A DNA stretch of 62,759 nt, the filler included, from Choristocarpus tenellus KU-1152 (taxonomy: Eukaryota > Protista > Phaeophyceae), in NCBI GenBank assembly GCA_964200185.2. It is 13 parts of 13 records of this genome, joined end to end, with 100 filler letters (N's around TTAATTAATTAA, not from the genome) between each part and the next. Parts side by side here need not be neighbours in the genome. Positions count along the whole stretch, not along the records: positions 35,563 to 40,010 come from CAXNAD020014504.1; positions 40,111 to 43,220 come from CAXNAD020022268.1; positions 43,321 to 47,322 come from CAXNAD020016722.1; positions 47,423 to 51,150 come from CAXNAD020018270.1; 9 more parts are not named here. One strand, given 5' to 3'. Every line of letters begins with the position of its first letter. Position 1 is the stretch's first letter. The notes under the pieces are model-generated. The model saw only the letters and a list, made by a program, of their open reading frames with translations. It searched no databases and was not told where the DNA came from. Of the stretch, positions 36,179 through 49,164 are shown in pieces. Position numbers and translations under genes: made by a program.

Positions 36179-39100
36179 CTTGTGGTTTTCGAAGAGCAAT
36201 TTGAATACAAAAGATATCCAAAAAGAAGGGACAGATGGTCGCCTTCAGTTTAAACAAGCAGAGGTGGTACATTTCTTATTGTTTCCTTTTCATACATTGC
36301 CAGCGTTGATCAATGACAGGACCACAGTATGTAGTAACCGCCCGCCATAACCCTGACCTGCTCTGAAAAGGAGGACAGTTGTACAAGTGTGCACACGTGA
36401 GGTTTAAGTCCGAAGATGCAACAGTGACGCTGTTCGTTCTTATTACCTGGCACTCAATGCTCATATAACGTCCCATACATGATGTAACACACACAAACAT
36501 TAAGAAGTTCAACTTCCTCATCTACTCCACGGAGTTGTAGCCTGAGCAAAAGGGACCCAAAACTAAAGCTCATAATACACCGGGTGAAGCATGATACATG
36601 AAATTCGCCTTAGTAGGTTAGAAGGGAATGATCTGTAGCAGCTTATTCAGATGCCTTGCAAACCTCGTCACCTGGTCCACACGACTTCACACAACACTTC
36701 ATATTCCTATTTATATACTTCATAATTGCACCGGGGCTGTACATCTGTATCACTTGAAAGGGACTATGTCCTATCTTGGGAAGATATGGCAGATTTCCCT
36801 ACACTTCTGATGTGTGAATGAGACAACATAATATTCTGAGTAGCGATTTTGTTCAGGGCATGCACATAGATGATTTGGACATACTCGTACTGGAATTCCG
36901 CAGCATCGAAACTATCAAGACCATAGGAGGTTGTAAGAAGAAGGTGGGATATCGGGATGGTATTTCAGATAAGGAGTATTCCTAAGGACACTTGGGGGAT
37001 ACGAAGAGATTGGGATCTCCATTTCATCAATTCCCTTTTGGTGAGGTACCTACTGTAACACTTAATTGGGAGGAGTGGGTAAGGCTTAGAAGGTCAACGA
37101 GTACAGTACCTACAAATATACCGATATTTCGAAGTGATCGACTCTTGTCCCAGAGTTGCGGAAAAAACATCTTACCACCTCGACATAATCAGAAAAACAT
37201 ACACACAACCTCTCTTGTGCCTCCTTTTGGAGAGATCTGTCTCTGTTATTTGCTTCCCGTCTATTGACATAGAATAATGCAGCGTATGAAAGAGTTGAAG
37301 TCGGCCTACACAAAAATATATATGCACAAGAAGCACAAAGAGTAGATGAGCACGCCCGGGTCATACTCCGTGCCCCAACACATTGAGGTGTGTGTGTGTG
37401 TGTGTGTGTGTTTCTTTGTAGTTCGTGTTTCTTATGCCCTGTTGTTGGTCTCACAAGTCTAAGGTTTACACCGGCAGTAACCAAATTTTGCTCTCAGAGT
37501 AGTATTGGGAAGCCCTTGCCAGACTGTCTTCCCACAAGCGATATTTTTTTCTCGGCGTATGCTGCGTTCAGCTTAGTAACTTCTACCCTATCATATGCTT
37601 GGTGTGTAGAAGGTATCGCACTACATTCTACTGACTCCTGAATCTTCCCAATACATTCAGCTTCGCACCCACTCCTATTGTCACCTCGAACCATATTTTC
37701 GAGATACTATTGTCGATCCTCCTTGATTGAACAGGCTGAACACGGAACAGATCCACGGGACCTTTTCACTACCCTGTTTCTTTGCTTCATGTACTGAATA
37801 CTGGAGAACACGATGCTTGATGACTTGACGATGGGTGCTGCAATGCACCAACTCTACAACAATGTAGGACTTGGTAATGGGAGCAAAAGTAAAGACAATT
37901 TGGCCTAAAATGGATATCTTTTCCTTTAAGGAAAAACACTGTTATGCTTGATACCTTGGTCAGTAGAACAGGATCGTGTGTTGTCATGGCTCCTGCTCGC
38001 ACTCGAATTGGCGTGGCTAATCCTCGACTGGCCTATGCCGTCACACTCTGAATACTACTGTATATATGAGTTGGCGGTTTCATTCGACGTTTCATTTAGT
38101 GCGTACTAGGAGATCGGTTTAACCTACATAGCTTCAAACCCTCCTTCCTTCCATCTCGCCATAAAAGGAAAGAAGACTCCAGACCGAGGTACCTTCGAAG
38201 AAGGAACTGTCCTAGACAGACTGCCGCTACTATAGTCTCTGGTCTTGCTTGACTATCTCGTCCACACATTTGACAACTCCATCCAAGCGCCATCCTTTTT
38301 TCGTTCCAACGAAGGTGTTACCGTGAGACTTCCTCGATATAAGGATCAGAACAGTCCCAAGAAAAGTGGCACACAGGTACACTTCAAAGCTAGAATTTTT
38401 ATAAGCATTATCAACCTTCACAGCATAACTCTCAATCATTCAGTAATACATTCCAATGCGCGCATACGCATCGTGACAAAGGACTCGACCGACCTCGCAC
38501 AAATTTCAAATATCCCTGCCCAATAGAGCCTGTCATGAGGCTCTTGACTGCATCCAGATATGTGACTGCAGTGAATGTACTTTCAAGTTGTATTATGCAC
38601 ATACTCCAGCCGGTAGAAAGCTCACGACACTACCCAAGTTCATCGCACTACAACAATATATCCAATCATTTCAGAGTACTCTGTTTAACGTGCTAATGGG
38701 GTAGCTACGCATGTCAGATCGATGGCACTACAATGTCACCCATTACCTACGATAGTATATTAATTTTCTTTGGACCTATGTGGGGTGGCCTGTTACTGTC
38801 CGTGAAAAGCTCCAGAGGAGTAGTTTTCGAGCTTCTTGCTTGACGACTCCCACACCATGCTGGCGGCAGCACGAAACCTGCAGGGGGGAGAAATGGAGGA
38901 TACGTGCATGCGTCTCCGCGCTAGAGAAAAAGCGAGAAATGCCATACAGGTATCCTTCATATTACTACGACCTTCTGTTCTTCGTGTCTTTGGACTTTAT
39001 TCCTCGCGTGTGCTGCAAAGGTATAGACGACTTGAGTAGTCAAAGGGTATGTTGTGAACTCTTCGTTCTAGATAGAGGGCAATGCATCGGGTTGCCATGC

Positions 39101-40110
39101 CAGCAGCACTAGCAGAAGAATACATTGCCTGAGAAGTACTGACATCTGAGGGTGGGACCATATGACTTTGTTGTTTGTACATTTTACTTCTTATGGCTAA
39201 TTTATTTGTATATTGGTTGGGAAGTTGGTTCGTCATAGCAATAGACATTGTGATGTGGTTTGATTTTGTTCTATTGTAGCATGGTCTACATGTGCCATCC
39301 TTGGTAGTGCACTGACCTTTCTTGACTTGTGTTGTTAAGATATTACTTCAATATGTCTGGCTCATCATCATCATTTACTTCTCTCAAGGGATCATGTGTA
39401 TCACTTCCACATCTTCCATCTATGGACCTTTTTCCCATCTTGTTTCCAGACAACTCTTTTTCTAAAACAGAAATATCACCAACCCGTCCATGACCATGAC
39501 ATCACCAAAATACTGTCACAGAGATTGTTTTCACAGAGTTTATCTCCATTCCACAAACTTACGACAGAATATCTATCCACAGGGGATATCCTTGTAAACT
39601 TGACCAAATCCGAAAGAGAATCACCCACAAGACGGGCATCAAATTGGATAGTAAACAGAGTAAAAGGAAGCTACCAGGTTTTGACTGTTTTTGCACTTTG
39701 AGCCAGTTTTTCAACCTTTCAAGATTCACCTATATTTGTACGGATGAATGCTAAGTTTGAATTGAGAGCATTGATTTCCCGATTGCTTGATGAGACGTTT
39801 CGACAATATTCCATAACATTAAAACAGCAAAGAAGTCGAATTTTGCACATATATATATATTTGAGCATCCTAAAAATGCAACTCTGGGTGATTCTCGTTT
39901 TCTTCAACTCACAACATCCCATCAAGACTCAAGTGGACTAACTCGGCTCCCCCCCCCCCCATTTCTTGAATACTTTGTACCTCTTTCAGTGTCAACCATT
40001 TAAACCTTTCNNNNNNNNNNNNNNNNNNNNNNNNNNNNNNNNNNNNNNNNNNNNTTAATTAATTAANNNNNNNNNNNNNNNNNNNNNNNNNNNNNNNNNN
40101 NNNNNNNNNN

Positions 40111-40329
40111 TTGCCTAGCAAGCAGTTGGATGCATAGCCCCTGCTTGAGAGAAGTGAAGCCGGCGAACTCCTCGGTCGTGAGATAGCTTATGGTAATTGT
40201 ACTGCGGTCAATCATCGGCGACGTAGACTCACACACTTCCTTCAGTACCTCAAAGGACTCGGATTGCAGGGAGTTCACAGCTTGCTGCCATTTTCGTAGG
40301 GTTGTCTTCGACGGGCTAGCCACCCCCAC
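40111..40329 (-). CDS. Candidate exon, unknown protein
   Basis: An open frame follows a pyrimidine-rich AAG acceptor: VGVASPSKTTLRKWQQAVNSLQSESFEVLKEVCES...; not recognised. Confidence 0.3.
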
Positions 40330-40414
40330 CTTAGAGATGGACAGAAAAAGGAGATCATTATGCACACAGCCAGCGAGTAAGAGGCATCGTTATTACCACG
40401 CAAGCTTCATGTGT

Positions 40415-40672
40415 GGGTGAAAGTATCTTAGAGAGTACAAGTTTTGCCCTCTTTGTCCATTTGGAGCTTGGCTTCCCTTGGGGTTTTTTATGACATTTTC
40501 CTAGTCCAAAATATTTCGGAGTAGGTAAAATGTGGATGTTATGAAAAGTTGTGTCCGGAACAAAGATATTGACACTTCCTAACAAACACGTAGCCAAAAT
40601 TATATCAACATCGCGACATTGGATTTTGCCCCCCAAATGGACGAGGGTCTACCCTCTAAGATATTTTGGCTC
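40415..40672 (-). mobile_element. MITE family A, full copy
   Basis: GGGTGAAAGTATCTTAGAGAGTA...TACCCTCTAAGATATTTTGGCTC, with flanks GTGT/ATGT (TSD with one transition). Confidence 0.9.
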
Positions 40673-40704
40673 ATGTGCGTGCTAGGATATGTGCTAACTG
40701 ACAT

Positions 40705-41720
40705 AGCATGAGACATTCAGTATCCCTTACACAACAAACCGTATCCTACACATTACTTTACCGCTCGACAGAACACGTCAATTGTAGTACATACATATGC
40801 TGATAGTGTAGGGGGCGACAATCACCATGCACTTGCAAACACTGTCTCGCAATAAAATATTCAGATGAAAACACACACTCTACCGTTCGACAAACTACCC
40901 CACTCACTTCGTCCTACGTGCCTCATGGTTCGTTTTCATAACATTATTAGATGTGGCTCGCGATTGACCGCTTATTACACGATGCACACCTTTTCAGGAT
41001 ATTCTAATTGGGGCGGTTTCGATTCTCGATGTATCAAACACACCCTTCTCCATGCTTTCAAAGTGGAGTAGCATATCACACGGCCGTACTCCGTGGAACA
41101 CTTCGTGACCATGAAACGTTCAGAATCCCTTACACCGCAAACTGCATCCTACACATTACTTTACCGTTCGACAGAACACGTCAAGTGAAGTACATACATG
41201 CGCCAATAGTGCCAGGGGCGACACCCACCATGCACTTGTGAATTGTTTCCCCAAAAACATCAGATGAAAACACACACTCTATTGTTCGACAAACTACCCC
41301 CACTCACTTCGTCCTACGTTCCTCACGGTACGTTTTCATAACCTTTTTAGATGTGGCTCGCTATTGACCACATACGCGATGCACACCTTTTCAGGATATT
41401 CTAATTGGGGCGGTTTCGGTTCTCAATGTATCAAACACACCCTTCTCCATGCTTTCAAAGTGGGGTGTCATCCGACACGGCCGTACTCCATGGAACAGTT
41501 TGTGGCCATGAAGCTTTCAGTATCTCTTACACCACAAACCGCATCCTACACATTACTTACCGTTCGACAGAACACGTCAAATATAGTACATACATGCGCC
41601 AATAGTGTCAGGGGCGACACCCACCATGCACTTGTGAACTGTTTCCCAAAAACATTCAGATGAAAACACACACTCTACCGTTCGACAAACTACCCCTATT
41701 CACTTTGTCCTATGTGCTTC
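40705..41720 (+). repeat. ~397-bp tandem repeat, ~2.5 copies
   Basis: CAGATGAAAACACACACTCT at 40862, 41261 and 41657, and the whole units align. Confidence 0.92.
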
Positions 41721-41749
41721 ATCGCATCATGAAGATACATCGCTAATGT

Positions 41750-42880
41750 CAAAGGGAAACAAACCCATCCGACTCATACCGTAACGTCGTTTGGATCGCA
41801 CTCAGGAAACGGGGACTAAAGAGAGTGCCCAAGACCAGTGCCGCCCGTTCGTGGAAGGAATCTAAAACGGACCAGATCATGGACCTCTTCCTCTCCTTAT
41901 TTGTGAACCATGATGGTCCAGTAGAGATGGAAGGAAACGGCCACACTTGGAACGACCTTGCCTCTTGGCTGTTGGATGAGAGAAGCAGATTTGCAGCGTT
42001 GGCGAGCGCGCTGCGAGTTATGCTGGCTCGGGAACAACGCAAGTCCAAGCCTGGTCTCCAGGTCAAGACATTCCTAGTATGTGTTAAGAAAGATCTTAGC
42101 ACCGAGCACACCCGCCAGGTATACAAATCCATCCTCGTCGGCATCACTCCTGATGTTGAAATAGGTGATGCCGGGGTGACATTGACGTTTCAACCCCTTC
42201 TATCCGTCACAGCAAGAAAATACGACATCAATGTCGACACACTCAGAGGTCATCCGCCAGAAAATGCACGGAATTCATGCGAGACATGCGGCAACAGGCG
42301 AGCCCCTCCGCATTGGCTGCCGATGACGATGGAGGATCATCTCCATATCCGACACCAACGCCCCTTGCTACTCTCCTTAAGACACTGCCCACAGGTTGGA
42401 AGTTCGTTCTCATCAATCATTGACGGTGTGACACACACAACTTGGTCCCCGGGCGAACACGTCCAGTGGAGACAGTTCTACACCACAAAGACCACGCCAA
42501 GGTGTGTGCGCGGAAATAGTCTATCGATGTTTTGGAAACACACTACAGTGACGATTGCATAAACAGATGTTTCCTAACTGCCACAGGGTATTCAGTCACA
42601 TACTGCATCATCCGTGTCCACACACAGGGGGTGCTAACCCATCGTATTCCTCCCTCCACTCTTCCACGCAACACAGATCGTCGTGCGTTTGCATTCACCA
42701 CACGACCACCGACCTCCAAGTTCAGTGCCTAAGAGATAACTGGAAGAAAATAATTACGAGGGGGACGTTCTATTGCGAAGGTTGACAACGCACTTGTGCA
42801 TGCACATGCGCATTCTGCGACAAGGCAAAGGATGCCGGTCTGAAGAAGTGGAGGCCGCACTCGAAAGTGGTGCTCATTTA
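41750..42880 (+). pseudogene. Intronless, frameshifted ORF with Cys/His-rich C-terminal part; possibly transposon-encoded (CxC/KDZ-associated)
   Basis: 245-codon ORF 41825-42562 and overlapping short ORFs containing CETC, HRIPPSTLPRNTDRRAFAF and CACTCAFC. The family assignment is tentative. Confidence 0.3.
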
Positions 42881-43164
42881 ATGGCCTTCCTCTTGTAAGC
42901 TCCTATGCCAGACCACACCCACAATGTGGCGAATATGTGAGCATGACAAGCTGGAATGGTATCCAAAATAATGTAACCACACACTGTAGATACACACCAA
43001 TGTACTCGCCCTCAAACCGTTTCACTATGTCCTCTAAAAATGTGGCAGTGACAGTGGGACTCCACTAGTGACGTTCGATCCGCTACTCAAACGTCATCAC
43101 TGACAACAAAAATCGCTCTTCGACTAATCAAAACAAAACAGATGCGAGAGGACCGTGCTGGAGC

Positions 43165-43220
43165 GGCTCAAAGTATCTGCGAGGGGGTGGTGGCGGTCCA
43201 TTTGGGGCCAATTTTTTCAT
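43165..43220 (+). mobile_element. MITE family B left end at contig end
   Basis: GGCTCAAAGTATCTGCGAGGGGGTGGTGGCGGTCCATTTGGGGCC. Confidence 0.8.
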
Positions 43221-43320
43221 NNNNNNNNNNNNNNNNNNNNNNNNNNNNNNNNNNNNNNNNNNNNTTAATTAATTAANNNNNNNNNNNNNNNNNNNNNNNN
43301 NNNNNNNNNNNNNNNNNNNN

Positions 43321-43342
43321 ACCCTCTAAGATACTTTGGCTC
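43321..43342 (-). mobile_element. MITE family A terminus abutting the YR retrotransposon
   Basis: ACCCTCTAAGATACTTTGGCTC. Confidence 0.75.
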
Positions 43343-43360
43343 AGAAGGAAGACCAGACCG

Positions 43361-45764
43361 ATGCCAAGTCTACAAAGAAAGACCCATGAAGACGCGGGCC
43401 CACCCCTCCCCGGGGTGGGCCGGCAGGAAGAGACCAATGGACGTCAAGACTACCACAACATAGGCAAGAGACGTCAGGGATTCCAACGCCAAAGGTCAAT
43501 ACGCCAGGCACTCAAAGGTAGAGGGCGAGGGGAAGGAGGATTAAAGGATGACTTTGAAGATTGGTTGAGAGCATGGGAGAATTGGAAAGGAGAAAAGGAT
43601 TGGGTAACGTTGGTGAAGGGACTGAATGATTTGGCAATGAAGGGGGAAGCATTTCTAGGAGAGTGTGGGGGGGATTTGGTAACACTAGTGGATAGGTTAG
43701 GGGAAAGATGGAGCCCAAAACGGTTGAATTGGGAGAAGATTAGTGACCTCTTTGGGGAAAAGGTTGGGTTCCCACAGATAGAGAAACTCCAACGGGTAGT
43801 GAACAGGGGAGTACCAGTGGGTGTAGGAAGAATAGGCAGTGTTGAGGAGAGACTAGAGTATGGAAACCACACGAGTGCAAGAAGTAGAAAGAAGGCCCTT
43901 CTAGAAAAGGTAGTGAGTGACGTGACCCAGGGTAGAGCTTTGGTGTTTCCAAAAAGGATATGAGGGAAGATTCCAGGATTGCAGGTGTCCCCAGTTGGAG
44001 TCATACAAGAGCCCACGAAGGTAAGGATCATTCATGATCTGTCGTACCAGCAAGAGAGTTGGGGGCCGAGTGTGAATGACCAAACAGAGTTAGCGGATCC
44101 CCCCCCAGTACATTGTGGAACAGTTCTAGAAGACGTGATTAGGAGGATAGTGGGATTAAGGAAGATTTTCCCTAGGGCGAGAATTATGATTAGTAAGATG
44201 GATGTTAAGGATGCCTTTCACCAAGTACCAGTAGAACCAAAAGGGGCAGCAAAGTTTGGATATTGTGTGGGAGACTTACTTGCTGGTGATTGATTTTAGA
44301 CTCCAATTTGGGTGGAGGAATAGCCCAGGGTGGAGGGACGTATTAGCAAGTGCCCTAGAATCTTCACACTGTCATACAGATCCCAAGTTGACAGTAGTTC
44401 TCAAAGAAGCAGAAAGGGTTGCGGTAGGTGTAACACACTCACAGCAGGAGGGCAGGAGGGAGGTTAGTGACGTAGATGAGACATGGAAGGTGCAGGAGAT
44501 AGACGGGGGGGGGGATGGAGGACCCTTTTTTTGCCAGAATGTATGTAGATGATAGCATATTGGTAGAGCCCCAACGGTTTGAAGATGGGCGGGGACTGAA
44601 GCTCGCAACGAATTCTTTAGTCTCCGACCACATACGTTTGCTAGACCAGAGAGACATAGACGAGCTCCCCATTTTGTCAGCAAAAAAAATGACAGGATGG
44701 TATACTACACAGGTAGTGGTAGGATGGAGGAGGATATATATAGAAAAGATGACCATTGCCCTACCAGAGGGGAAATTGAAGGGGCTGAAGGAGTCATAGT
44801 TAGGGGAGTGGCCAGAGTCGAAGTCGGTAGTCAGGGTGAAGGAGGTATGGGTGTTGTTGGGCCGACTATTTCGCATGTCGTATGTTATACGCCCAGGGAG
44901 ATTTTTTCTTTGGCGGCTGGTGCAACTGTCTGGGCTGCACCAGAAGGGGGGTTGGTTGAGAAGGATAGCAAGGGGGGGGGGCAGGGCGAACAGAAGGAAG
45001 GTCCAAAAGAAGGAAATAGGGAAATCAGGATAGGAATAGAATTTAAGGAAGACTTATATTGGTGGAGGTGGGTAGTAGAACATGGTCTGGCTGAGGAGGG
45101 AGAAAACTTGAGTTCCCCGTTTTTGGGTTTTGTGTCAAGCCCCCTAAGTGCGACATGGTATTTAGATGCATGTTTTTCAGCAGTAAGAGGGTACAACGTA
45201 GAGATGGGTAAGAGGTGGAGATATGACTTCCCAGAACACTTGAAGAAAGGATATTTTGCGTAGTGTGATAAAAGGAGGAGGGGGGAGTATATCAATCAAT
45301 GTCTTAGAGTTACTAGGACCGGTGATGAATGCATGGATACTGGTCATGAAGGTAAAGGGGAAGGCAGGGAAGAAGGAAGACCCAGTGTTGTTTAGAGGGG
45401 ACAACTACTCTGCTGTGCATTGGTTCCGTAAGTGTGGGGGGGCAAAGGATAGGAGGGCAGGGGGATTGATGAGAATAATAGGAATGTTGGAGATAGCAGG
45501 GAATGGTCATTCGCAGCGGAACATGTTGCGGGTAAGCAGAATGACTTAGCAGATGGTATATCGAGGTGGAAGATGGATGAAATTCAACCTAACCTCCAAC
45601 GTGTTTGCCCACGCATTGATTGGCAGGAGCAGCCCCTGGGTCGGGAAGGGAAGATGGTGCGTTTGAATGCCTTGCAGCATTGTACGCCAGAGGATCGGTT
45701 GCGCCATCTACTCAGAAGTGTTATGAGGCAGCTTGGGACCAATGGTCTGAGTTCCGTACATTAA
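43361..45764 (+). pseudogene. Reverse transcriptase / RNase H of YR retrotransposon
   Basis: RT motifs VSPVGV..KVRIIHDLS, SKMDVKDAFHQVPV, DFRLQFGWRNSPG, MYVDDSILV and LLGRL. RNase H motifs WYLDA, SINVLELL, GDNYSAVHW and HVAGKQNDLADGISRW. Several stops and frameshifts are present. Confidence 0.92.
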
Positions 45765-46740
45765 GGGGATTGAGTAGGTGGTTAGATCATGGGAGTAGAG
45801 AGATAGAGGTAGTAAAGGCCCTAGCAGAGTTCATGTGTTTCTGTTGTGGGAGTAGGGGGAACCAAGTAAGCACAGTTAAGTGTAAGATAGCAGCAATCCA
45901 ATACTATCATAAACATTTCCTCAACCTCCAGCTCCCCACACAACATTTCATGATCTAATCTGCACTCAAAGGAATAGGGAGGAGCAACACAAAAGTAGGA
46001 AGTGAGAGCAGGAAGAGGGGACCCCTAACATGGAGAATGATTGTAGACACAAGGCAATGCACTGAAATGCTAGGTAGGGAAGGTAAATTGACAAGGCTAG
46101 GTTTGGGTTTCTCGTTCTTCTTTCTAGCTAGAGCTTCAGAGTTATGGGCCTATGACGAAGGGAGAGGAGTCCATGGAGATTTCGCAGTAAGAAGGAGGGA
46201 CGTGGTATGGAGGAAGGGAGTAAAAGGATTAAGTTGGGAGGATAGACACCAGGCAGAAAAAGTAGAGGTAACGTTCACAGGGTCAAAAGGGGACCAGGGT
46301 AGGAAAGGAGTAGTGTTGACAAGATATAAGGTAGGGAAGGAAGGGGGAGAAGAAAGTATAGGAGGCTGGGAGGTGGTAATCGCTATTATGGAATGTTTCC
46401 CAGAACTCCCCCCGGACTCCCCTTTGATGACATGTAGGCAAGAAGGGGGGTGGAGAGTGATCACGAGGGGCCAAGCAACATGTGTCTTGAGGAGAATAGT
46501 AAGGAAGTTAGGCTAAGACGAGAAGAAGAGTACGCCTTGCATTCGGGTAGGATAGGGGGAGCCACGAGATTGGCAAGCATGGGGGTATCAGAATTAGTAA
46601 TACAGCGGAGGGGAAGATGGAAGTCGAAGGCTTTTATGGTATATGTAAGGGCTAACCAGAAGGACCCAGTGTCGGTGTCAAAGGGCTTGGCAGAGAGTAG
46701 GAGGGATTGGGTCCAACCAGGGCAGGAGGCAAGAGGATGA
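45620..46740 (+). pseudogene. Tyrosine recombinase of YR retrotransposon
   Basis: N-terminal SAM-like part (STQKCYEAAWDQW). Catalytic residues: R (FLARASE), K (SKGDQ), HxxR (LHSGRIGGAT), W (GRWKS) and Y (FMVYVR). In-frame stops lie at ~45956 and ~46514. Confidence 0.93.
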
Positions 46741-47218
46741 GATAGAAGAAATCAACCCCAAAGGGGAGGGGAGGTCAAGTTCCGGCGGGGTAGATGTCTT
46801 CTAGCTCAAAGGCACGGTTTGAAGTGGATCATGAAGGGGTATTCTTGGATGATTGTGGAGTGGTGTTGATGGATGATTGTGGAGCGTTGATGAGTGGTGT
46901 GAGAACTGCTGTGGGGTTGAGGGGAGTGGTAACTTGTGTGAGTTGAAAGGTGGAGGGGGATGGCTGGCAAGCAGAAGAGAGGCTAATTGCCAACGGTGGG
47001 TGATGGAGTGTTGTCGTTGTTCCATGATCGCCTGATGACTCTTCTGATCTACCAAGTTGTTACTGAGTTTCCTTTGTTTGGTTCATCGTCAGTCAGTCCA
47101 TTGTTGATCTTTTTTATCCCTCGTGGTCTTTCTGTCGACGTCAACATGTTGCTCACTACTGCCTGCCGCGTGTGTCCCGCAACCGCTTCCCACCTACCCC
47201 TTGCCTCGTTCGCCCACT

Positions 47219-47322
47219 GCGATATGTTACAAGTCCAACAACTTGCCCGAGAAAATAGATACATGCAGATCGGCGTATCTGACAGGGTGGGGGGGGGGGA
47301 GGCAGATCGCAACAAACGATAT
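47219..47322 (+). repeat. Dispersed repeat (family E), copy 2
   Basis: Aligns with 188-291. Confidence 0.75.
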
Positions 47323-48234
47323 NNNNNNNNNNNNNNNNNNNNNNNNNNNNNNNNNNNNNNNNNNNNTTAATTAATTAANNNNNNNNNNNNNNNNNNNNNN
47401 NNNNNNNNNNNNNNNNNNNNNNCGTGTGACTGATGTCGAAACCTACACTGTTGACTTTCTGCTGGTCTGAGAGGACTGGCGTAATCCATTGCTTGACATT
47501 CTTCACCCTCCCACGCTTGAACAGATCCTACAACCAGGCTATGGATACCCCAGCTTTGGTCACTCGTTTGCGGAAGGATGTGTGATGTATCGATGGGACA
47601 TCCCAAACATCGAGGATACTTACACAGCGTCACATCGCCCCTTGCAACGTCATACAAGGTCTATGCATTCACCCCGTGCGATCTGCTTATCATACTCCTT
47701 CAAATGACGGAACGCGATTCAGGAAACTCTGAAGTCCTCTGCAATGGCCCCTGCCATCCCCCGAGGCATCTGAGTCTCATATTTCATCTCGAGGGATCAC
47801 GCCACCACACTGTGCTTCATCGGGTTGTCTGAGTCAAGACCCCGGACAGACTTCTGGGCCAAAGAATTGAGACTGATGAGCGATGACGGGTTGAGCAAGC
47901 CACTTGAACGACGGGGGGTCTGCATCTTAGGCATCCTATTAAACACCAACTTCGACAGTTTCACGAGGTTTTTGAAACCCGTGAAATGCAACTTGGTCGA
48001 CTTTGCACAGGTGATCCTCCACAATCATGACAGTTTACCATCTCAAACCTTACACGCCTCCCAATCTAAATGAAAACTAAGCCTCGTCCAGAAGGCTTAT
48101 AACATGGATCGTTCCAAGACGAGCACGGAGCTTGCAAAAGTTATGTTACATTTAATTCCGAAAGGAAGATGTAGTATTATTAATGTCATACTACGTAGTA
48201 ATATCTTTATCGTTAGTTCTTGATTCTGGCTGCT

Positions 48235-48414
48235 GGCTCAAAGTATCTGTGGGGGCGAGGGATCTACACCAGGGTGTCCATTCAGACTCTGATCAGGAGA
48301 AGTGCTATTACATTATCCATCCAACACATGTATCCAAATCACCCAAAATCGCGACATGGAAAAATGGACCCTGAATGGACAGCTGCCACCCCCCCTCCTC
48401 AGATACATTGAACC
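48235..48414 (-). mobile_element. MITE family B, full 180-bp copy, TSD TGCT
   Basis: GGCTCAAAGTATCTG...CAGATACATTGAACC, flanked by TGCT on both sides. Confidence 0.9.
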
Positions 48415-49164
48415 TGCTTGTTGCAAGAAAGAGCAAATCGCGAGAATGGACATGGAACAGCACATCAGTACCCACCCTCAGGCTTCAGGAACCGATGGAA
48501 AATGAAAGACAGCAATCTTAGTCAGTCATCATTATTATTTACTCTACCCTCCTCAGATCCAGACAGATTGATAGCATAGGGGGAGTCTGTCATCAATAGC
48601 AGATTAACAATAAACAGAATAAGAGGTACTTTTAATACAACATTACAACTCCATCTGCCTGTTGCACAATAAGAACAAGGATGCAAAAAGGCATCCCGGA
48701 ATTCAATAGGAGCAATAAATTTAGCAGCAGCAGCAACATTGGTGAAAATTCTTCATCATAACAACAGTCAGACCCGGCCATATACACTACCTGATCACGT
48801 CACATAGCCATAAAGATTTCAGCTTTCATCTATCTGAATCAAGCAACACGACCTGTGCAAAAAAGCCCTGACCCTAAACAATATACTTAGCAACAAAGTT
48901 CTCGCACTGAGATATGTTCAAAGCACCCTCTAGAGTTCACTACAGTTGCCGTCTTCACTAACTGATCCAAAACAATACTTCTACTAACATCCTACTACTG
49001 CCTACTTTAATTGGATTTCAACTTTCCTCAGTCCTACACTCGATACAATATTGCTCCCATAACTGGGGAGGGATAAGCGATTTATTTGTTATGGTCCGTC
49101 TCAGGTAGGTGCACTATCCAAAAATTGAAGCGATACTACTGTGAACGTTAGATGAGATCATATT

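Larger units (their letters stand above)
43343..46960 (+). mobile_element. Tyrosine-recombinase retrotransposon (DIRS/Ngaro-type), near-complete pol + YR, inactivated
   Basis: RT, RNase H and YR domains occur in order with overlapping frames, and the coding strand is strongly purine-rich. Confidence 0.93.

Noticed and set aside
43474-46474. Long antisense ORFs over the YR element
   Set aside because: These are Pro/Ser/Leu/Phe-rich shadow frames caused by the purine bias of the sense strand.
47423-48130. Copia reverse transcriptase fragment
   Set aside because: The initial resemblance (LGCPI) did not hold on full translation, with no YVDD or LYGLKQ motif. It remains an unassigned degenerate ORF.
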